64,000 nt of DNA from Octopus sinensis (taxonomy: Eukaryota). This document shows, in pieces, positions 26,027 to 40,029 of this stretch (position 1 is the stretch's first letter; the number at the start of each line of letters is the position of its first letter). A program made the translations under genes and the position numbers. The notes beneath the pieces were generated by a model, which was not told the origin of the DNA, ran no database searches, and was given only the letters and a program-made list of their open reading frames with translations. The DNA is taken from NCBI RefSeq assembly GCF_006345805.1, contig NC_043001.1, positions 102,920,001 to 102,984,000 of the forward strand, in the 5' to 3' direction.

Positions 26027-27240
26027 TAAAATTTAATACAGCTAAGTTTAATGTTAATAAACACATTTTGGATTTTATCACCAGATTAATGCATATAGAG
26101 ACACATAACAAATTTCAGCTTGCAGCAATGGATTCATAAACAAGATAGCTTTACCAAATGCAATCCAAAATTTCAAGAGCTGTCTTTTAATTGCAAATAT
26201 CACCAATACATATTTCATGAAAGATCAGTTGAATAAGGATTTATATGGACATTTTGTCTACCTTTCCTCTTAAAATATGACTAATCAAAACACTATTCAA
26301 ACAGTACAAGAAAAGAACTCCAACAGAAAGAGCTAGGTCTGAGAAATTTTTGCACAAACATTATCAAATGCCATGAATAAGCAACTTCATTTTAAAGTTA
26401 GCATAAATTTTCTCCTGTTCAATAAGCATAAATTCAGGCAGATGCAAATATGCACACACACACACACACACACACATAACATACATATACATACACAGCA
26501 CTCATACCTGATGATGGATAATAAAATTTAATAAAAGACTTACAATGTAGGCAATTTAACCCACACTATAACTGTTCCTACAGTGATTCGTAATCAATAG
26601 CAATTTAGACTCTTCAGAGAGAACGAAAGTATAGGTTTTTAGTTCACTGTTGCCCTCTGACCTCATCCTTCCACCCACTACCCTATTCTCAGTCTATTCC
26701 CCATCAATCAACAACACTCCATGCTACCACCCAAGTTAATCAAAGACAATTGAGTGAATCAATATATTTGTAGCTACAAGGGATAGTGAAGACATTTAAT
26801 ACAAGAACACACTTCCTGGCTATGCTCTTATGTATAATAAGTTTAATTAAATCGAAATCAGTCTGTTTGGCATAAGAGTTGATATTTCACAATATTTTGG
26901 CACCAGTAAAGTTACTTAAGCACTGTAAAGCATCTCTAAAGAAAACATTTAAGGAACAGATGAGAACTTGGACACACAGACATCTCAAGTTATCCCAAGT
27001 AATCAAGCACATCTAATGCTATGCAGATGGACAGGGACTTGCCAATACAGTATATAAGCTATTATATCAGTATTTTACCTTGAGACTTGCATTTAAGAAT
27101 CAACCCCACTTTAGATACACCAAGAAAATATGTAAAAGAAAAAAAATAAATACCAATTCTAAAACTTGGAGACATTATATAAAGAATCTTTGGTGGTGAT
27201 ATTACACACCAGACAATCATAGTGAAATTGTAACCAACAA

Positions 27241-27428
27241 GTTACTACTACTACCACCACAACCATCACTACGAATACTATTACAACCACTACTACTACT
27301 ACTACCACTACTGCTACTAATAGTACCACTACTACTACCACTACAACTACCACCACAACTACTACTACTACCGCTACTTCTATGAATACTACTACTACCA
27401 CTACTACTGCTGCTGTCACTACTACTAC
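27241..27428. repeat. (ACT/ACC)n trinucleotide tract
   Basis: Seen directly. It explains the poly-Val and poly-Ser pseudo-ORFs. Confidence 0.92.
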
Positions 27429-27639
27429 ACATGTGCATATTAAAAACAGGTGCTAATTCTCATTCTATGTTGTTAATTCTCTCAAGATTCAGATTCCTCT
27501 CAATAACAAGGTTTAACATTTTAAGTAATCCTAATCTAAGAAATTGAAGATTAAGATATATTGGAACTGCACGAATAACTTTTGAGAAGAAAGAGAAAGC
27601 AAAATAAAACAGCGAGAGAAAGTATACCTCCATACTACC

Positions 27640-27935
27640 ATTTATATTTGTGATCGATGCCAGGACCACCTGACTGGCTCCCATGCCAGTGGTACATAAA
27701 AAGCACCATCTGAACATGGCTGATGCCAGTACCCACTGACTAACCCCCATGCCAGTGGCAAGTAAAAAGCACTATCTGAACATGATCGATGCCAGGCCCA
27801 CCTGACTGGTTCCTGTGTCAGTAGCACATAAAAAGCACCCACTACACTCTTGGGGTCATTGGCATTAGGAAGGGCATCCAGTTGTAGAAACATTACCAGA
27901 TCAGATTGGAGCCTAGTGAAGCCCGTTTGAATGGT
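27640..27935 (+). mobile_element. RTE 3' UTR fragment lacking its tail
   Basis: CCAGTGGCA...AAAAGCACC repeats and the GGAAGGGCATCCAG domain. Confidence 0.7.
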
Positions 27936-28345
27936 GCATTTTATGTGCCACTGGCACGGGTGCCATTTACATGACACTGGCATCAGCCATGACAAAGATT
28001 TCACTTGGCTTGACAGCTCTTCTCAAGCACAGCATATCACCAAATACCTTGGACACTCGTCATTGCCTCCATGAGGCCCAATGTTCAAAGATCATGCTTC
28101 ACCACCTTGTCCCATGTCTTCCTGGGTCTACTTCTTCCACAAATTCTCTCCACCATCAGAGTTCAGCACACAGCTATCCTTATCCATACACATCACATGA
28201 CATACCAGCACAGTTGTCTCTCTTGCACACCACATCTGTAGACATATTATATGCATGCAAGAGAGGAAGCTGCAATGGTATGGGCATGTGGTGCAGATTG
28301 AAAATGACAGCTGCATAAACATGTACCAAATACTCAAAATGAATG
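27936..28345 (-). mobile_element. RTE ORF2 C-terminus plus start of the 3' UTR
   Basis: Minus-strand peptide RSRPRKTWDKVVKHDL*TLGLMEAMT. Confidence 0.78.
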
Positions 28346-30572
28346 GTACTTGTGGAAGTGGAACACCTAGTAAGACTTGGGATGAGATAGAATAAAATTA
28401 CCTCAAAATATTACAGCTTATGAAGGAGCTAAGAAGAGGGCCATGTCAACTGGTGATACATGTTGATGCCAAAGATCAGCTTCTCGTACAAGTGTGGTGA
28501 AATACTTTATTAAACAGTAGGTTAGTGCAAGTATTCTGCTTTGCTTAATGTTTTGTGCACACATCCCTCCTTGTCTATTGCCCATTTAACAACTTTATAT
28601 CCCCTATATCCCCCTACCATCTGTTCTTCTATCTGCTGTTCATTCTTCTGACTTAGCATGGAAAAACAAATGTGAAATCTGTTTTTCCATGCTAAGTTAG
28701 AAAAATATGTTACTGAGGCATTGTTTTACAGCCAGTTGTCTTTCTGTTGCAAACCTTTACCTACATTTCACATAAGGGATCATTCCACATGGCTCTGAAA
28801 GTGTAAAGCAAGTGAATGATTTGTTGACAAGAGATCTGACAATCTGACAACAAAACCTTGGAGATAAGGCAGGACCACTGCTGTGCTGATGTCAGCAACT
28901 GAGGCAGAAACATATCCACAGCTGTCTTATCTCTAGATAATCACAGTATCCTTTCCTTAAAGGTATATCAGTTTTGGAGACTTCTTGATTCTTGAGATTA
29001 TCTCCCATTTTCTTATGGAGGTTGCCCCAATCACTACCAAATGATTGGTTTAACTTTATCTGAAAGTGACAATAATTTCAATAAAACAAGAATTTATGTT
29101 GTACAATATTTCACTTAATTTGTCTTTGCTGTTCAAATACATGCTACTGGCAACTCCAAGTTATTTTTCTTATTTTCAATTTATTTCCTTTATCTCTCGC
29201 TCTCTCCTTCATATACATACATATATACACACACACACACACAAACACATATACACACAATCATATATATATATGTACACCTACATATATACATGGTGTA
29301 TGTATATATAAATCTATATACACGCACACACATATGTACAAACATTATATATATATGTGTATATATATATGAATCTACATACATGCACACACATGTACAT
29401 ACATATTTATGCATACATTAAAATGTGCATATACAGACATGTGTGTGTGAATATATACCCATATATATGCATACATATAGACACTGTATATACACAAACC
29501 AGTTCTGTTACAACAGCTTCCAATAGCTTCAATATAGCCTGATGCCATCCGTACTTTTAGTGCCATCATAACACTGAAATGAATGCTATCACCATCATTA
29601 TTGAACAAAAAGAATGCTCAGTTCTAATAGCACATCCATTTCACCATAATCACTGTTACCATCACCACCGCAAAAGTGACCAACAACAATACCTTTCACC
29701 TCACTCCGGAAGAAAATTCAGCCAGGTCGTCAACTGCAAGAACAGTGGTACCAGTGAACCACCATCACCACCACTGCAATCACCAACACTTGATGATTAT
29801 TATATCTTCTCAATAAATTTTCCACAATTTTTGGTTATATCAACTATCGAATTAATTATTCAGTGAATGAAAAGGCTCCCTTAGTCTTTTAGCTGCGAGC
29901 AGAATGCCTGAAAACATGATGTGTTGTGGTTCCTTGTATGACCCTAATAATCCTTCTCACACACTCATCATTCATTGTCATAATTGTTAGTTTATTACAA
30001 GTAATAAAAGCTTAAGGTGGTTATTGGCTTCTATCGATTCCTTCCTCCACCTCTCATTTTCCCACTCAATCCAGACTCACCCTCGCTGTCTTCCTTTCTC
30101 TGTCTCCCTCTTTCTATCTTTCATACATAAACACATTATAGTACCAAATATCTTTACATAATCAACTACAGTTTCTAAATGTATTAAATTATATATAAAC
30201 GCATGAAATATCTAAAGAAAATGGATAAAGAAATAACAAAAGTGATAATACTTTTGGAGGCAAATTTCTGACATAGTAGTAGAATGTAGTCAATTGGACT
30301 GCTTAGTATTTTATTTGCATTTACTATATCAATCTTGGACAAATAAAGAGTAAAACCATTCTTGGTGGAATTTTAATTCAGAACCTAATTGGTAAAAACT
30401 ATGTGACCAACAAAGCATGTTATAAGGAAGGGAACATAAAGGAAAGCATGTTGTATATATACAGATATTAGGGCACAAAGTAAATGTACTTTATACTAAG
30501 GAGCAAATGGAAAACTGAAACAAGAAACTGAAACATTAATTATAGCAGCTGAGAAAAAAAGTCATTCAAATA

Positions 30573-30855
30573 AATCTGATAAAAGCAAAGATTGATATCA
30601 CTGAATCAAAGAACAAATTCAGGATTTGTGGAAATGAAGATGAAAGTACCAAACCTCTCTTAAGTGAATGCAGTGAGCTAGCACAAAAAGAGTGTAAGTG
30701 CAGTCATGACAATATTGATAAAAGAATGCATTGGAATGTTAGCCAAGTGTGTGGATTTAAAGTGATACAAAAGAGGTATGGACACAAGCTAGAGGCTGTG
30801 ATAGTGAATAATAATTACAGAATTTTATGAGATTTCTCCATTAGTTTTCATAGGG
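30573..30855 (+). mobile_element. R4/Dong-type (restriction-like endonuclease) LINE relic, zinc-knuckle region
   Basis: NLIKAKIDITESKNKFRICGNEDESTKPLLSECSELAQKECKCSHDNIDKRMHWN matches the IKAKID..CRLC..ET..H..S.C..LAQKEYK.RHD..HW pattern. Confidence 0.75.
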
Positions 30856-31021
30856 TTATGTAGCTGATGTAAGTTCCCCACCCACTCCCTCTACATCAGA
30901 TGCGGGTTACTTTTCCCACTGAAGGAATTACATTCATGCTGCAAGCTAACATGTCGCTCATCACATCAACAGTACTACAATTGATTGTGAGAGTTGTCCC
31001 TACTCTGAAGTAAAGATTTAA

Positions 31022-31242
31022 CCCTTTTGTTACCCTATTTCTGTTGAGATGCTCTGTGTTTCTTTCAATTAATTTTAAACATCACAAAGAATTTAGTGAA
31101 ATAACTTCATTATCATTAAGCTAGAATTAGGAACATAAATTGTGACTAAGGTTTGATGGAAGATTTTAATTCAGAGTTTTTGTAAGCAAGACATATGTAT
31201 TACAGAGCAAGGGGCGGTTTCAGGCAGGTGGTATCGAAAGGG
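31022..31242. mobile_element. piggyBac-type MITE (221 bp)
   Basis: TTAA at 31018-31021 and 31243-31246. Termini CCCTTTTGTTACC and GGTATCGAAAGGG form a 13-bp inverted repeat with 2 mismatches. Confidence 0.8.
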
Positions 31243-31744
31243 TTAAAGCCAAGATGGAACAGGCCAGTAGAGAGTTACTGTCCCAATCACTGACACAGCA
31301 CAGTGTCAAAGAGAGATTATGAACTACCTACTTCTCAGCTGATTGGCAGCTACTCTATCTATTCAGCACTCTCCAAAATGTAATAATTCCATAGAATGAA
31401 GAAAAAAAATAATGATATATATTTCTATTGGCACACAACCACAAATTTGTTTTCTAAAACGTAATATTGGTGTTTGAGGAACAATGGTTTTATGCTGCAG
31501 TTATAAATTGTCAAAATGGCCTTTCAATTTGTCTGTGAAAATGATCAACGGATGGGGTGTATATGAAGTCAATTGTGATGCTGAATAAACTGTTTTGAAT
31601 GGTTTGAGATGTTTTGAGACTGAATGGTGGAAAGACTAGAATGTAGCTGGATTTCTCACACTTAGCAAAAGAGCTTTTCTGCATAGCCAGCAAGTCTCAA
31701 TAAATTTCCCACTTCCCAAAGAATGATGGCACATACATATACAC

Positions 31745-32135
31745 ACAGGTGCAGGTATGGCTGCTAGGTAAGCAGCTTGCTTCCCAACCACATGGTTCCA
31801 GGTTCAGTCCCACTGCGAAGCGCCTTGAGCTAATGTCCTCTACTACAGCCTCAGGCCAACCAAAGCTTTGTGAGTGGATTTGCTAGAAAGAAACTGAAAG
31901 AAGCCTCTGTGTGTGTGTGTGTCTTTGTCCCTGACCACTGCCTGACAACCAATGTTGGTGTGTTTACATCCCCGTAACTTAGCGGTTTGGAAAAAGAGAC
32001 CAACAGATTAAGTACCAGGCTTAATGAAAAATTAAATACTGGACTCAATTCATTGAACTAAAAAGATATTGTGCAAAGTGGTAGCCCCCAGCAAGGCCAC
32101 AGTCTAATGACTGAAACACGCAAAAGATAAAAGAT
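31745..32135 (+). mobile_element. tRNA-derived CORE-like SINE
   Basis: Same head, middle and tail as 20918-21320. Confidence 0.8.
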
Positions 32136-32177
32136 TTACATATATATATGTGTGTGTGTATGTGTATATATATATAT

Positions 32178-33352
32178 CCTGTTGAGGCAAGTGAAAATCA
32201 AACCAAATCAAAATAGATGAATATCAATGGAATTTGTATCTTTGTGGTTCCAGTACCGGTGGCACACAGGAAAACCATCCGAACGTGGCCGTAGCTGGTA
32301 CCGCATCGACTGGCCTCCGTCCTGTGGGCACAACAAACACCATCTGATCGTGGCCGTTCGCCAGCCTCACCTGGCACCTGTGTCGGTGGCACATAAAAAC
32401 ACCATCCAAAGACCCGGCGACGTAGTCAGTCCACCTGTGCATACCTTCCCTCTTATGACACTTGTGAAGACCTGTTGAGGCAGAGGCAAGTGTGTGACAC
32501 TTGTGAAGACCTGTTGAGGCAGAGGCAAGTGTGTGACACTTGTGGAGACCTGTTGAGGCAAGTGTGTGACACGCGTGAGACTTGTGAAGACCTGTTGAGG
32601 CAAGTGAAATCAAACCAAATCAAAATAGATGAACATCAATGGAATTTGTATCTTTGTGGTTCCAGTACCGGTGGCACACAAGAAAACCATCCGATCGTGG
32701 CCGTTCGCCAGCCACATCTGGCACCTGTGTCGGTGGCACATAAAGACACCATCCGAAGACCCGGCGACGTAGACAGTCCACCTGTGCATACCTTCCTTCT
32801 TGTGACACTTGTGAAGACCTGTTGAGGCAAGTGAAAATCAAATCAAATCAAATCAAAACAAATCAAAATAGATGAACATAAATGGAATTTGTATCTTTGT
32901 GGTACCAGTGCCGGTGGCACACAAGAAAAGCATCTGAACGTGGCCGTAGCCAGTACCGCATAGACTGGCCTCCGTGCTTTGGGGACGTAACAAACACCAT
33001 CCGATCGTGGCCGTCCGCCAGCCTCATCTGGCACCTGTGTCGGTGGCACATAAAAACACCATCCGAGCGTGGCCGTCTGCCAGCCTCGTCTGGCACCTGT
33101 GTCGGTGGCACATAAAAACACCATCCGAGCGTGGCCGTTTGCCAGCCTCGTCTGGCACCTGTGTCGGTGGCACATAAAATCACCCACTACACTCTCGGAG
33201 TGGTTGGCGTTAGGAAGGGCATCCAGCTGTAGAAACACTGCCAGATCTGACTGGCCTGGTGCAGCCTTCGGGCTCCCCAGACCCCAGTTGAACCGTCCAA
33301 CCCATGCTAGCATGGAAAACGGACGCTAAATGATGATGATGATGATGATGAT
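32178..33352 (+). mobile_element. Head-to-tail trimer of an RTE 3' UTR segment with an internal ~39-bp tandem repeat, ending in one (GAT)n tail
   Basis: AAATCAAAATAGATGA heads near 32205, 32615 and 32860. CTTGTG(A/G)AGACC recurs at 32461, 32500, 32539 and 32581. Confidence 0.85.
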
Positions 33353-33879
33353 GATATATAAGCTATCATGGTTTACATTCTTATGAAATAATTTCATTGA
33401 TCAAATCTCTTGGATTTCAGCTGCATAGTACTCTGCATTACACTCTTCTTTGTTGGATTACTAAGTGGTCTGTTAACTGGGTCCATAACAGGAGTTTTCT
33501 GTGAAAGCTACACAATTCTATGAATCCAAATATTACATGAAATATTGACATATAACTCACAACCCATCTTCCCATCACCCCACCACCCACTGCATGTCCT
33601 CACATATCTACCATATCAATCTCTCAGCCACTGCAATTTCTCTCACCATCACTTTCTAGTCATGCCTTATTCATCTCTAAACATCTCCCTTCACACTCTT
33701 ATGGAACATCCCTCTCAATCCCCTCTGTACAACTTATACTACCCCTACTACTCTTTGTGGGTACGCTTAATACATCTCCAACACCATTTATTTCTGTCTT
33801 TCTCACTCTGTCTCTGTTCCTCTGTTATACTCTAACCTCAGCCAGCTCCCTCAGTTCAACTCCTTCTCTCAGCTGAGAG

Positions 33880-34748
33880 GTCTTAGTCTTGCAAGCTACT
33901 AGGCAACCCCACTGCTGCTGGTGTCACATAAAAAGCACCTGTGCTGGTGTCATGTAGAAAGCAGCGTGCTGGTGTAACGTAAAAAACAGCTGTACTGGTG
34001 TCACATAAAAACCACCTGTAAAAGTGTCACATGAAAAGCACCTGTACCGGTGTCACATAAAAAGCACCTGTGCTGGTGTCACGTAAAAAGCACCTGTGCT
34101 GGTGTCATGTAAAAAGCACCTGTGCTGGTGTCACGTAAAAAGCACCTGTGCTGATGTCACAAGAAAAACAGCTGTGCTGGTGTCACATGAAAAGCAGCTG
34201 TGCTGGTGTCACATAAAAAGCACTTGTGCTTGTGGCACATAAAAAGCACTTGTAGTGGTGTCATGCAAAAAGCACCTGTGTTGGTGTGACTTAAAAAGCA
34301 CCTGTGCTGGTGTCATGCAAAAAGCACCTGTGTTGGTGTGACTTAAAAAGCACCTGTGCTGGTGTCTGCAAAAAGCACCTGTGCTGGTGTCACACAAAAT
34401 ATACTTGTGCTGGTGTCACATAAAAAACACCTCTGCTGGTGTCATATAAAATATACCTGTGCTGGTGTCACGTAAAAAGCACCAGTGTTGGTGTCACATA
34501 AAAAGCACCTGTGCTGGTGTCACGTAAATAGCCTCTGTGCTGGTATAACGTAAAAACCACCTGTGCTGGTGTCACATAAAATACATTCGGTATACTCTGT
34601 AAAGTGGTTGGTTTTACAAAAGGCATCCAACTATAGAATCCATGCCAAAACAGATAACTGGAGCCTGGTGCACTCTCATGCTTGCCAGTTCCAGTCAAAC
34701 CATCTATTCCATGCTAGCAAGAAAAACAGACGATAAACAATGATGATA
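33880..34748 (+). mobile_element. RTE 3' end carrying an expanded 26-bp minisatellite (roughly 25 units, ~33913-34582)
   Basis: Unit GTGCTGGTGTCACATAAAAAGCACCT, followed by the conserved domain and tail. Confidence 0.85.
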
Positions 34749-36694
34749 TATAACTCAATCACAAGAAGACATTTGTAGGCCCTTACAGACAGTTAAAATT
34801 GATGAAGTTTAGCTTGAAGTCAACACCTGCAGGAAGAAACTTAGTTAAGGAAGAAATTCCAATCATGACTGAGCTTAGTAAAAAAATATTGGTAACTGAT
34901 AGAGGATGTATATTTCGATTCTGAAGATGGATTCCATAGTGAAGAAGAAAGCTGCGGATACAAGCCCAGGTGCAGATCTCAGTGGTAGTAGTAAATAATC
35001 TAGGTTGATTGGATGCGTTTCAAATATAGACAATAAAGATGGTCAGTGACAAGTTTTGAAATCATGTGGGTTGAGATTAAAAAAAAATTTTTACCACATT
35101 AACCATTCAACCAAGGTGTTTCTGGATTTAAATCCTCCTTTAAAACACTTCTTGTATGACTATCTTCATAGTGGCAACAACATAGACTTTTACTTTCTGA
35201 CATCCTGTTGAAAATTTTCTAAGTCAAAAGCCTCTGTCTTTTAATGATTTTGTCATTCAACAGAATTGAATTATAAAGAAAGGGTTTCAAGTTTTCACCC
35301 TCACAATAAGAAGCTCCTAATTTTCCTTCAAAATGAAAGTAAACCAAGTTAGTACAATTTTTGTAATATCAAATATGTAAAGACTGACTGACTGATGCAG
35401 TACAGTGTGGTATAGGAAGTTTAAAAGTTAATATCATCAATATTAGTGGTTGTAAAATAGTGAGAAAGTGAGAAGAGAAGAGACTGGAAATCAATTAACA
35501 TTCAACAAAAGTTGCAGTCCCCTTAATGGAGCAGAAAAGCTAATGTTGAAAAAACAGGCAATGAATAGAAAAGAAGCAGAAAATGAAGTCTTCAGAGAAA
35601 TTAAAATTAAGTAAGACTGTTTCACATGGACTGAAACCATGTTTTCTACTTTTACTACTAGTTATGAATTATCCTTTCAAATAAAAAAAAAGGCATTCCA
35701 GTTTCATTGCGCTGGGACCTATGTCACTGGTCTGAGCCCACAAAGATTCAGTAAACTTAGTGTCGAAATAAGAGAGAAAAATAATGTACAATGTGAGAAA
35801 TATAAGATGCTTAAAGCTTCTATACATTGGTGGTGACACATGAATTAATTCAGTTTCAGAAACTGAGTAGGTTGGCTTAAAAATACACAAGTACAAACAC
35901 ATTTGGTATCAAGTGTAGTTTTAGTTGAGAAAGACAATATTGATAGAAAATAAATTATCTCAAGATGGCAGGCTAGCTTCAATATATCTAAAGTTACATA
36001 GTAATTATACTTCTCTATCATATCTTTGTGCTAATATCAATTATCATTGAAGAAAAGAATTAAAAAGAAAAGAATATTAAAATAGAAATGGAAACGCTAT
36101 GTATTTTGATTTATTCAGTTTCTTTTGATAATTATTAAGATTTCATGTCCAATAGATAGCATGTCATAAGAAATCCAACTGGACAGCAGAGATAGCACTA
36201 GAAAATATTCCCTTTCCATTCAATGCTTTTCTTTTATTCGTTTAATGTATATCTTATTCTTCTTGGCTTGGCTTAACATATGATATTGCAAAATATAAGG
36301 CAATGAGTTCAATTTTGTTATGAGCATTTTGAAGGCAAATCATATTTAATTTGCTTCTGTCAACCTAAATGGAAATAGGTACCACTCACTGTTTGCCTTT
36401 CTTGGAAACAAAAAAGAAAAAAAAAAGTAGTGAAGGAAGTCAATGACTTCTGCATTGGCAGAACTTTGTAAAACATGTCTGAAGAAGAAGTCCTTGTCCG
36501 AAACTTACTTCTTACAGCATACAAGTTTAAAACATTTTTAAAAACACTGCTGTAATCATGTTTTTCACCTTTCTCTTCGTTCTAATAACTGAATTTTCTT
36601 CCTTTCTTTTTGTTTTTTTTTTTTGAAGCTTCTGTTTTTTTTTCTTTATTCACAGATAGAGGTAATTGATATTCAATATTAATTAAAAAAAAGG

Positions 36695-37140
36695 TAGCAA
36701 GCTGGCAGAATCATTACCATACCAGAAAAAATGCTCTGCAGTGTTTCATACTTCTTAGCATTCTGAGTTCAAGTTCTGTTGAAGTTGACTTTGCCTTTCA
36801 TCCCTTTGAGCTTGATAAAATAAGTACCTGCTGAGCATTGGGGGGCAGGGCGATGTAATCAACTTACCCCGCCTCAAAATTGCTGGCCTTGTGCCAAAAT
36901 TTGAAACCAATATCAATTCCAGAAAAGATGGCAAGATGGCAGAATTGTTACCAAGAAAAATGCTTAGTGACATTTCTTTTGGGTTTTAAGTTCTGAGCTC
37001 AAATGCTGCCAGGGTCAGCTTTCCCTCTCATCCTTTCGGAGTTGATAAACTAAGTACCAGCTGAACACTAGGGTTAATGTAATCGACTTGCCCCCTCCCT
37101 TATGATTGCTGGCCTTGTGCCAAAATTTGAAAGCAATAGT
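36695..37140 (+). mobile_element. Two tandem decayed copies of a second tRNA-derived SINE family (Nin/Deu-like middle domain)
   Basis: GTTCTGAGTTCAA...TTTGCCTTTCATCC...AAGTACC...GATGTAATC(G/A)ACT occurs twice, each copy ending GCCAAAATTTGAAA. Confidence 0.75.
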
Positions 37141-38100
37141 AATCCCAAAATAAAATGTTTTAAAATATATGTATGTAAAAAAGCCTTCATTAGCCTACAG
37201 GCATATTTCACTAAATTCCACATAGAGACAGCAGAATAATGCTGCTGCACTTCAAATGCCGGCTTAATCTTAAACAAGTAGAACTTAGCTAGTGTGAAAG
37301 GCAATTTATCTACTGAAGGGACCCATTTCGGTTGAGGTGGCAAAAGGTAAAACCTACAGAACTAAAAGTATATATTTGTGGTTTGAAGTATAGAAGAAAA
37401 TCATTTGCTGATATAAAGGAGCAGAAGGGTTTCTGGTGGACTGGCCCTGAATTGTGACAGTATACAATGCATAAGAATAGAAAGATGTCAGCCAAACTAA
37501 GCCTGAACTGAAGACTAGGAATTACATAAATGGGTGACTGGAAATGGTAGACAAGTTCTGCAATGTAGGTGCCTGAATGCTACAGATTGAACAGGAGATA
37601 AAAGAAAAAGCGGAGAATGTGATGAGTCATAGAAAGGGGTGGACTAAATTTTATAAACTTCTACCTCTGTTGAAATAACATGTTTCTCCTTCTGGGAAAA
37701 GAGAATGATTAAAGGTAAATGTGTGTGGATGTATGTCAGTCTGTCTGTGTGATAGGGCATCAGCAATGAAAGATATGTTCTGGTGCTGCTAAGAAAAAAT
37801 GTTGACTGCCAATATATTAAGGAGGAGACTACACATCAAAGACACCAGGCATTGTTTGAAGACAAACATGACTGTGGACATGTCATGGAAACAAAAGATA
37901 TTAACAAAATAGAACAATATCATCAATGGTCAACACTGTAGGGGTAAACTGAGAACAAGTTAGCAGCCAGGACAAACCTGAAGGTATAAGTCTGAGAAGC
38001 ACAGAAAAACATTGTGCTACAGACTTGCCCGAGATATGCCATTGTGAAAAAAAAAAGTGTAAAGCTACTGATATATACATATATACATATGAAGATAATA

Positions 38101-38155
<55 letters not shown>

Positions 38156-38284
38156 TTTATTTAAAAGCAGCAGAAATTCAACAAAACTCCACTCACAAGT
38201 CAAAGTAGAGGATATAGTAAGAGACACCAGCTCAAGGTGTCATGTGCTGGAATTGAATTTGGGCCACATAGCCACTATGTAGGA

Positions 38285-38572
38285 AATCATCATCATCACC
38301 ATCATCATTTAACGTCCACTTTCCAGGCTGGCATGGATTGGATGGTTTGACTGAGGATTGGCAAGCCAGGAGACTGCAACAGGCTCCAATCTGATCTGGC
38401 AAGGTTTCTACAGCTTGATGCCCTTCCTAACGCCAACTACTCTGAAAGTGTAGTGGGTGCTTTTTTACATGCCACCAGCACGGGGGCTGGTCAGGCAGCT
38501 GGTATCAACCACATTCGCATTGTGCTTTCTACGTGCAACTGGCATGGGAACCAATCAGGTGGCACTGGCAAA
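38285..38572 (-). mobile_element. RTE 3' end
   Basis: (CAT)n TTTAACGTCC tail and GATGCCCTTCCTAACGCC. Confidence 0.78.
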
Positions 38573-40029
38573 CTTCTAAATTATTGCCATGCTTCAGTGT
38601 GTGTGTGGTGTGTGTGTGTGTGAGTGTGTGTGTGTGTGTGCATGTGCATGTATATATGCACACAATGCCAAAGTAGCATTGATGCTACCAAGGAATGGGG
38701 GGTTTGGGCCAACATTGCTTCATGCTTTTCCCTTGTCATCAAGCTAACGTACAGAGACAAATATGCATATAATACATACACATGCATGCACACACGCACA
38801 CACACAGAATGTCCTGTATACTTGTGTATTGCATCAACATTAATAAAAACGGTTTTTCTTTTTGTGATATTTTGTTGTTATGGTAACTAGAGATAAGTAT
38901 AACAAATTCTGCTTTAAAATAGCTGAATCCTAATCAATCTGGTTAAAGCTGAGAAAATAAAATAAAGCAAACACCTAAATAAATGAATGAATAAAACAAA
39001 CAAAGCTATTCTATTGATCCTACTAACATCTGACTTTAATGTGTTATGCTGTTTACACCACTGAACTAGTGCAGGGTTAGCTATATAGATAGTGAAAAAA
39101 AGACAAACACCATCAATTCTCTGATCTCAAAACATCAACACAAATTTAAAGAGCACCACTTTTAACAGGCAGCAAAACATTTCATTTTGGCAACATTAAA
39201 TTTGCAGCAAGGTAAAGCAACAAAAGTATTTAAAAAAAAGAAGAAAAAATATATCAAATAAATAATAAAAAATTATTTGGTGCATTTGAATATTTAGTTT
39301 AAAACAACCAGAATATTGTGAGGTAAAAAAAAAAAAAAAACTGAGTATGATCTAAAATGTATAATAAATATTAAAGAAAGTAAAAGACAAAAAGGAAAAG
39401 TACATTTTTTTTTTTTTTGCCACTATCTTTACACATCTATTGGATGTGTAATGTATGTTCTTGCAAGCAGAGTTTTTAGAATTGGATACTCTTTCCAACT
39501 TTCGACTACAAAATGGAGAATAAAGGAGAACTTTTTTTTGTTTTTAAGTTAGGTCAACTGAGACAAGCAGAGGTAAGTGAAACCATAAAAGTACTGTGTA
39601 TTAGGGTCACAAATTCATACATACAAAATGTACACCCATATACATGTTTTAGTGCATATGTGCATGTATGTGGATGTGCATGCATATACACATATATATA
39701 CTAATATATACACACAAACACTTACATGTATATGTATAGACTGCACAAAAACATCTTTACTATCTCTTAATTTCCAGCAAAAAAGAAAACAGCTGGTCAT
39801 TTTTTTTTTTTTATGTAATGGAAAGCCAACCACAAAGACCTCTTAGCAGTATGGAAATATGTGGCAGAGTAAAATCTCAGAGAAGTGCAAGTTTATGAAG
39901 TGTCCCTACAGTATATAATCAGATACATAGGTCAAATGTCTTTCTAAAGTACTTTCTTCATGGACAGAGAAAAAAAATGAGGGTCTACCACCCTGACTAT
40001 TGTCTGTGTTCAAAAAAATTACATGTATA

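Noticed and set aside
26500-26640. CTGATGA followed ~110 nt later by CGAAAGTATAGG
   Set aside because: There is no stem II pairing and no UH cleavage triplet in the right place, so it is not a credible hammerhead.
33913-34582. Regularly spaced repeats superficially like a CRISPR array
   Set aside because: The units are contiguous with no unique spacers, and this is a eukaryotic RTE UTR context, so it is a minisatellite.
37074-37343. ~90-codon open frame on the minus strand (FYLLPPQPKWVPSVDKLPF...)
   Set aside because: There is no recognisable domain or donor site, and the frame runs into an adjacent SINE.
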